Position numbers and translations under genes: made by a program. A DNA stretch of 64,000 nt from the NCBI RefSeq assembly GCF_021028975.2, contig NC_059436.1, positions 25,730,001 through 25,794,000 of the forward strand. Direction: 5' to 3'. The stretch comes from Sphaerodactylus townsendi (Eukaryota). Below the pieces are notes generated by a model. The model was not told the DNA's origin, did not search any database, and was given only the letters and a program-made list of their open reading frames with translations. Position 1 is the first letter of the stretch; every line of letters begins with the position of its first letter. Of the stretch, positions 59,870 through 64,000 are shown one piece after another.

Positions 59870-60400
59870 CACTGTGTCCCATGGCTGTTGACTTGTGGGG
59901 GCCTGCAGGGTTGTCTTATTTCCCTCCCTCTTCATGAAACCCGTGGGGGAGGTCATCAGGAAGGACAGTTGTCAGCATCATCAGTATGCAGATGAGACTC
60001 TGTTCAGCCTAATTCTGCGATGCCTGGTGAGGATGATGCTCTAAAGGGCTGCTGGGGGTCAGCAATGGGCGGGGTGAGGAGGAACGAGCTGGAACTTAAT
60101 CCTGACAGGACAGCTGGCCAACTCCAGAGCCCCCTGCCTTGGATGGGGCCACATCCCCCTTGGAAAGCCTTAGAAAAAGACCTGGCTGCTGAGGGGTGGG
60201 GGTGGGGGGTCACAGTGGTTTTGCCCACCTTTGGCTGGTGAGCCAGCTGCTCCTCCTGGCTCAGTCTGATCCAGCCACAGTGATCTGTGCCTTAGTTCCG
60301 TCTGGACTGGATGACTGCAGGACACCCTCCTTGGTGCCACCCTTGAAGAGTTTGAAGACTGGAGCCAGAGGACTGCTGGCTAACAGGCCTATACATCCAA
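59870..60400 (+). mobile_element. Degenerate L2 fragment
   Basis: catcagtatgcagatga (HQYAD), NELELNPDRT, ATVICALVPSGLDDC. Confidence 0.6.
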
Positions 60401-60899
60401 CTCTCAACCGAGTCTTCTGCCTGCAGACACGGCAGATAAGGCGGGCACTCTTCCCCAACAAGGTTAAATCCCCTCGAATTCCCCTCACTTATCCCTTGGT
60501 GGTGGTGGTGGCAGCACACAAGACCTTGCGAGGCAGGGGGGTGGTGGGGACCAGGCTGCTGGCCAGAAAGGAGTTGTGTTGAGCAGAGGTGCGGGGGGCG
60601 GGGGCGCATGTGAGTGCTGGGGCTGTGGGGCAGAAAAGGGGTTGCTTGGGGGAAAGAGAGGGATGGATTGGGGAGGTAGGAAGAGAGAGTGGGGGAGCAG
60701 AAAGGAAGAGAAGAGTAAGAGAAGAGCTGCCGGGATGGCGTGCAAGAGCGGAACGAAGGTGGTGGTGGGGTTAACCCCCTCTCCTCAAGTTTCTTGCAAG
60801 TCCCCGCTTGTAAACAGGTAAAGCCCTGGAATGGCATCACAAGCCCACAAAATGCTTCTGAACAACTGTGAGAGAGGTGCCAAGATAGCTGAGGTGTGT

Positions 60900-61111
60900 T
60901 GTCACTCCCACAACCTTGCAGAGCAGGCCAGCAGCCATTTCCCCTCCTTCTGCTGGGTGACCTTGGGCTAGTCACACTTCTTCAGAGCTCTCTCAGCCCC
61001 ACCTACCTCACAAGGTTGTGGGGAGAGGAAGGGATAGGAGCTTGTAAGGCATCTTGAGTCTCCTCTACAGGAGGGGTATAAATCCGAACTCCTCCTCCTC
61101 CTCCTCCTTCT
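60900..61111 (+). mobile_element. Squam3-like SINE
   Basis: ctgggtgaccttgggctagtcac...ctcagccccacctacctcacaagg...(CCT/TTC)n. Confidence 0.7.
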
Positions 61112-61119
61112 TCTGCAGT

Positions 61120-62350
61120 CGTCGGCGCAAGGGTGCCTCTGAGCGCGTGCTGAGGGCCCTCAGTCCCCTGGCAGCTCTCCTTCCAGCTTCCTTCCTCGGC
61201 GGCCTCTGGGAGGGAGGGAGGCAGGGAAGCAGGGAGGGAGGCCTGCCTGCCTTGGCTCCACCTTCGCCGTCCCGCAGCCAGAAGCGGGGCGCCCGAGCAC
61301 TCCAAGGCCCGGGCCGGGCCGGCGCGACGAGCGGAGAATGGCCGCCGGGGCGAGCGTCCGCCTGCTGCTGGGTAAGCGGGAGCCCCGACGACGGGCCCAC
61401 AGCTGGGAAGGAGGGGGCGGGTGGGGGCGAGCCGGCGGCGGGTCGGGCCTCGCTGGACTGGCTCAACCGGCGCCGGTCTTTATTTGGCTCTCCCTCGACC
61501 GGCCCTCCTGTCGGCCGGTCGCCTCGGTTCCAAGCGGCGGAGCCCGGGCCGGGGGGAGGGGCAGCCTCAGAGTCGGCGGCCCGGCCTGAAGCCCCGACGG
61601 CGGCCTCTCCCGGGGCCGAGGGGGCGCCCAGAGGGGCTCTCCCTGCCTGCCTGCCTGCCTGCCTGCGCGGAACGGGGGGCTTTGCGGGGGGGGGGGCTGA
61701 CAGGACCCTGAAGCGCAGAGGGACGGGGCGGCCGTCGGCCTGTTGCGCCGCAGCCCGGCCTTCACCTCTGGCGGGGCCCCGGAAGGCTCTGGGCGGTGCG
61801 GGCGGCTGCGCGCCCTCCGGGTCGGGCGAGGGCCGCTTGCGCAACACGGCGAAGGGAGGCCGGCCCTTCCCGGATCCGAGGAGGACGCCGCCCGCCGCGC
61901 CACCGGCGGACCCACCCGGGACTCGCCCCGATCGCGCCGGCAGGCAGGACGGAGCCCCAGGCCGCCCAGCAGCCGCCCCCTCGACCGCCCCCCTCCTCGG
62001 CCAGCTCTCGCGGGGCAGGGCGAGGAGGGGGGCGGCGGCGGGGGGGGGAGTTGTTTCTGGCCGCTCCCCGCCGGGCTCTGGGCTGCTGCGGAAGGGAGGG
62101 CGGGCTGCTGGGGCCGCGGGACCCGGGCGAGGCAGCGCAGGGTTGGGCCCCCTCCACGGCTGGGCAGCTGCTGGCCTGACCGGACTGGAGCGCTGCGGGG
62201 AGAGCCCAAAGCAGCCTCCTCCCGCCGGCTCAGGGGCTGCAAGAAAAGCGGACCGGGGAGCCGGGCCTGGCCTCAGGTAGTTTCTGGGGAGGCCGAAAGC
62301 CCCCCCCCCCCTCGCATAACCTGGGCCAGCCCGCCGGTGCTCTCCTCCCT
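61120..62350. promoter_or_regulatory. CpG island / MPZL2 promoter and intron 1
   Basis: CpG-dense stretch around the ATG exon. Confidence 0.8.
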
Positions 62351-63960
62351 CTGGCCTGACTGACTAAGGAACAGGTTGCGGGAAAGCCGGGGGGGGGGGG
62401 GGCGGATCCATCCCTGCTTCCTGCTTTGAGGAGTCTGAGCAGCAGCAGAAGAACAGTCTGGATTTGTACCGCACCTTTTTCTCCTGTAAGGTGATTCAAG
62501 GTGGCCTACAAGCTCCTTTCCCTTCCTCTCCCCACAACCTTGTGGAGTAGGTGGGGCTGAGAGAGTTCCAAAGAACTGTGACTAGCCCAAGATCACCCAG
62601 CAGGAATGCAGAATCACATCTGGTTCACCAGATAAGCCTCTGGCACTCAGGTGGAGGAGTGGGGAATAAAACCTGGTTCTCCAGATTAGAATCTACCTGC
62701 TCTTAACTACTACACCAGCCTAGACAGTTTCTTCTTTCCTCCCTGGATCCATTTTCATCTCCCCCTTGCTGCACGGCTTGGTTTTTACCCTCACAACAAC
62801 CCTGTGAGCAGGGGCGTAACGAGGCAGCCCTGGGCAAACTGTAGCCCTGGGCAAACCCTGAGTTGGATGCCCCTCCCCCCCCCATGGGCGGCCACTCCAC
62901 CACAACCAAATTTTTTTTTGCACCAGGACATTGGTGCCTGCAGGCAGGGGGTGATGTTTTTAGACATATCAGCACCAACATTTCAGCGTATCATCAGGAG
63001 ACTGTCCTTATGCTACTCCCCAAGTTTGGTGAGGTTTGGTTCAGGGAGTCCAAAGTTATGGACTCCCAAAGGGGGTGCCCGATCCCCCATTGTTTCCAAT
63101 GGGAGCTAATAGGAGATGGGGGCTACAGTTTTGAGGGTCCATAACTTTGGCCCCCCTGAACCAAACTGCACCAAACCTGGGGGGGTATCATCAGGGCAGT
63201 CTCCAGATTAGACCCTGAAAGTTTTGACACTGTGCCTTCAGAATGCCCCCCCCCCCCCTGCAACCCCCATGGACAGCAATACAGAAAACTCAATGCAGAA
63301 CAAAGATTCTTGGGCAAATTTCTGGGATGTTCCTGCAGGGGGCGCATTTTTGGATGTATCGGCACCAAAATTTCAGGGTATCATCTGGAAACTGTCCTTA
63401 TGGTACCCCCAAAGTTTGGTGCAGTTTGGTTTAGGGGGTCCAAAGTTATGGACCCTCAAAGGGGGTGCCCCATCCCACATTCTTTGCTAAGGAGATGGGG
63501 GCTACCCTTTTGAGTAGCCTAAAACCCTAGCCTAAAAACTGTGCCCCCTGCAGGCCAAAAATGGAAAACCACTAAAAATACCCAAAAACGAACCCAGCAT
63601 TTTGATGCCCCCCACAAGGTGATGCCCTGGGCAGCTGCCCACCTTGCCCAATGGGCATTACGCCAGTGCCTGTGAGGTAGGTTAGGCTGAGAGAGCGTGA
63701 TGAATCACCCAGTAAGTGCCATGGCTGGAAGACCCTGGGTCAGCTCCAGCCTAATCGTGGTACCCCTCCCCCCCGATGGCTTCCTTCCTGCAGTGCTCTG
63801 GCCGGTGGCAGCCATGGACATCTACACCCCGACACCCCTGGAAGTCCTGAATGGGACAGACGTGCGCCTGAAGTGCACTTTCCACAGCGATGTCCCTCCT
63901 GGGAAACAGGTGACCGTGACCTGGAACTTCCGACCCCAGACAAGTGGCCCAGACCAGAAT
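61338..63960 (+). CDS. MPZL2: Myelin protein zero-like 2 (EVA1), first two coding exons 61338-61371 and 63794-63960; continues past the window
   Basis: Signal [11 protein letters not shown]|VLWPVAA, then [21 protein letters not shown]...[10 protein letters not shown]-set domain; 167-nt exon ending |gtgagt; divergent from CD3E as in mammals. Confidence 0.88.
62445..62720 (-). mobile_element. Squam3-like SINE
   Basis: Homologous to 46850-47147. Confidence 0.75.
62809..63668. mobile_element. Non-autonomous hAT transposon (860 bp), same family as 16796-17729
   Basis: TIR CAGGGGCGTAA...TTACGCCAGTG; perfect 8-bp TSD CCTGTGAG; inserted into a SINE remnant. Confidence 0.9.
63794..63960 (+). CDS. 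MPZL2: MPZL2 exon 2 (V-set N-half)
   Basis: [11 protein letters not shown]...[11 protein letters not shown]...TWNFRPQ. Confidence 0.92.
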
Positions 63961-64000
63961 GTGAGTCCTGCGTGTCTCTAGAGGCCTGAGGCAGGCCCAG

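Noticed and set aside
61054-62280. 408-aa ORF and overlapping ORFs in the MPZL2 CpG island
   Set aside because: GC-rich stop depletion in all frames; the real coding part is the 34-nt leader exon

Overview
Vertebrate nuclear DNA, most likely a squamate and probably a gecko, judged from Sauria SINE, Squam3-like SINE, CR1, Penelope-like and SPIN/hAT repeats. It carries the conserved block syntenic with human 11q23: KMT2A/MLL1 (- strand, exons 1-3, runs off the left edge), a very compact ATP5MG (-), a complete 19-coding-exon UBE4A (-), a single CD3 gamma/delta gene (+, one exon damaged beside a 241-nt N gap), CD3E (-) and the first two exons of MPZL2 (+). Four CpG-island promoters are present. 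The most unusual items are: (i) a 499-bp fold-back LTR-like element with 200-bp inverted arms, two identical TGTAAGGG ends and one 5-bp target-site duplication, lying between the UBE4A poly(A) signal and the ATP5MG promoter; (ii) a loop-less 190-bp palindromic Penelope-derived insertion in KMT2A intron 1 carrying back-to-back minimal hammerhead ribozyme motifs, the intact one on the KMT2A sense strand; (iii) an Arg16 expansion in KMT2A; (iv) two radical substitutions at deeply conserved UBE4A sites; (v) a CD3 gamma/delta gene with gamma-like traits in the delta orientation. Exon boundaries were read by eye from splice signals and remembered orthologue sequences. Repeat names and most repeat boundaries are approximate, and no database searches were run.
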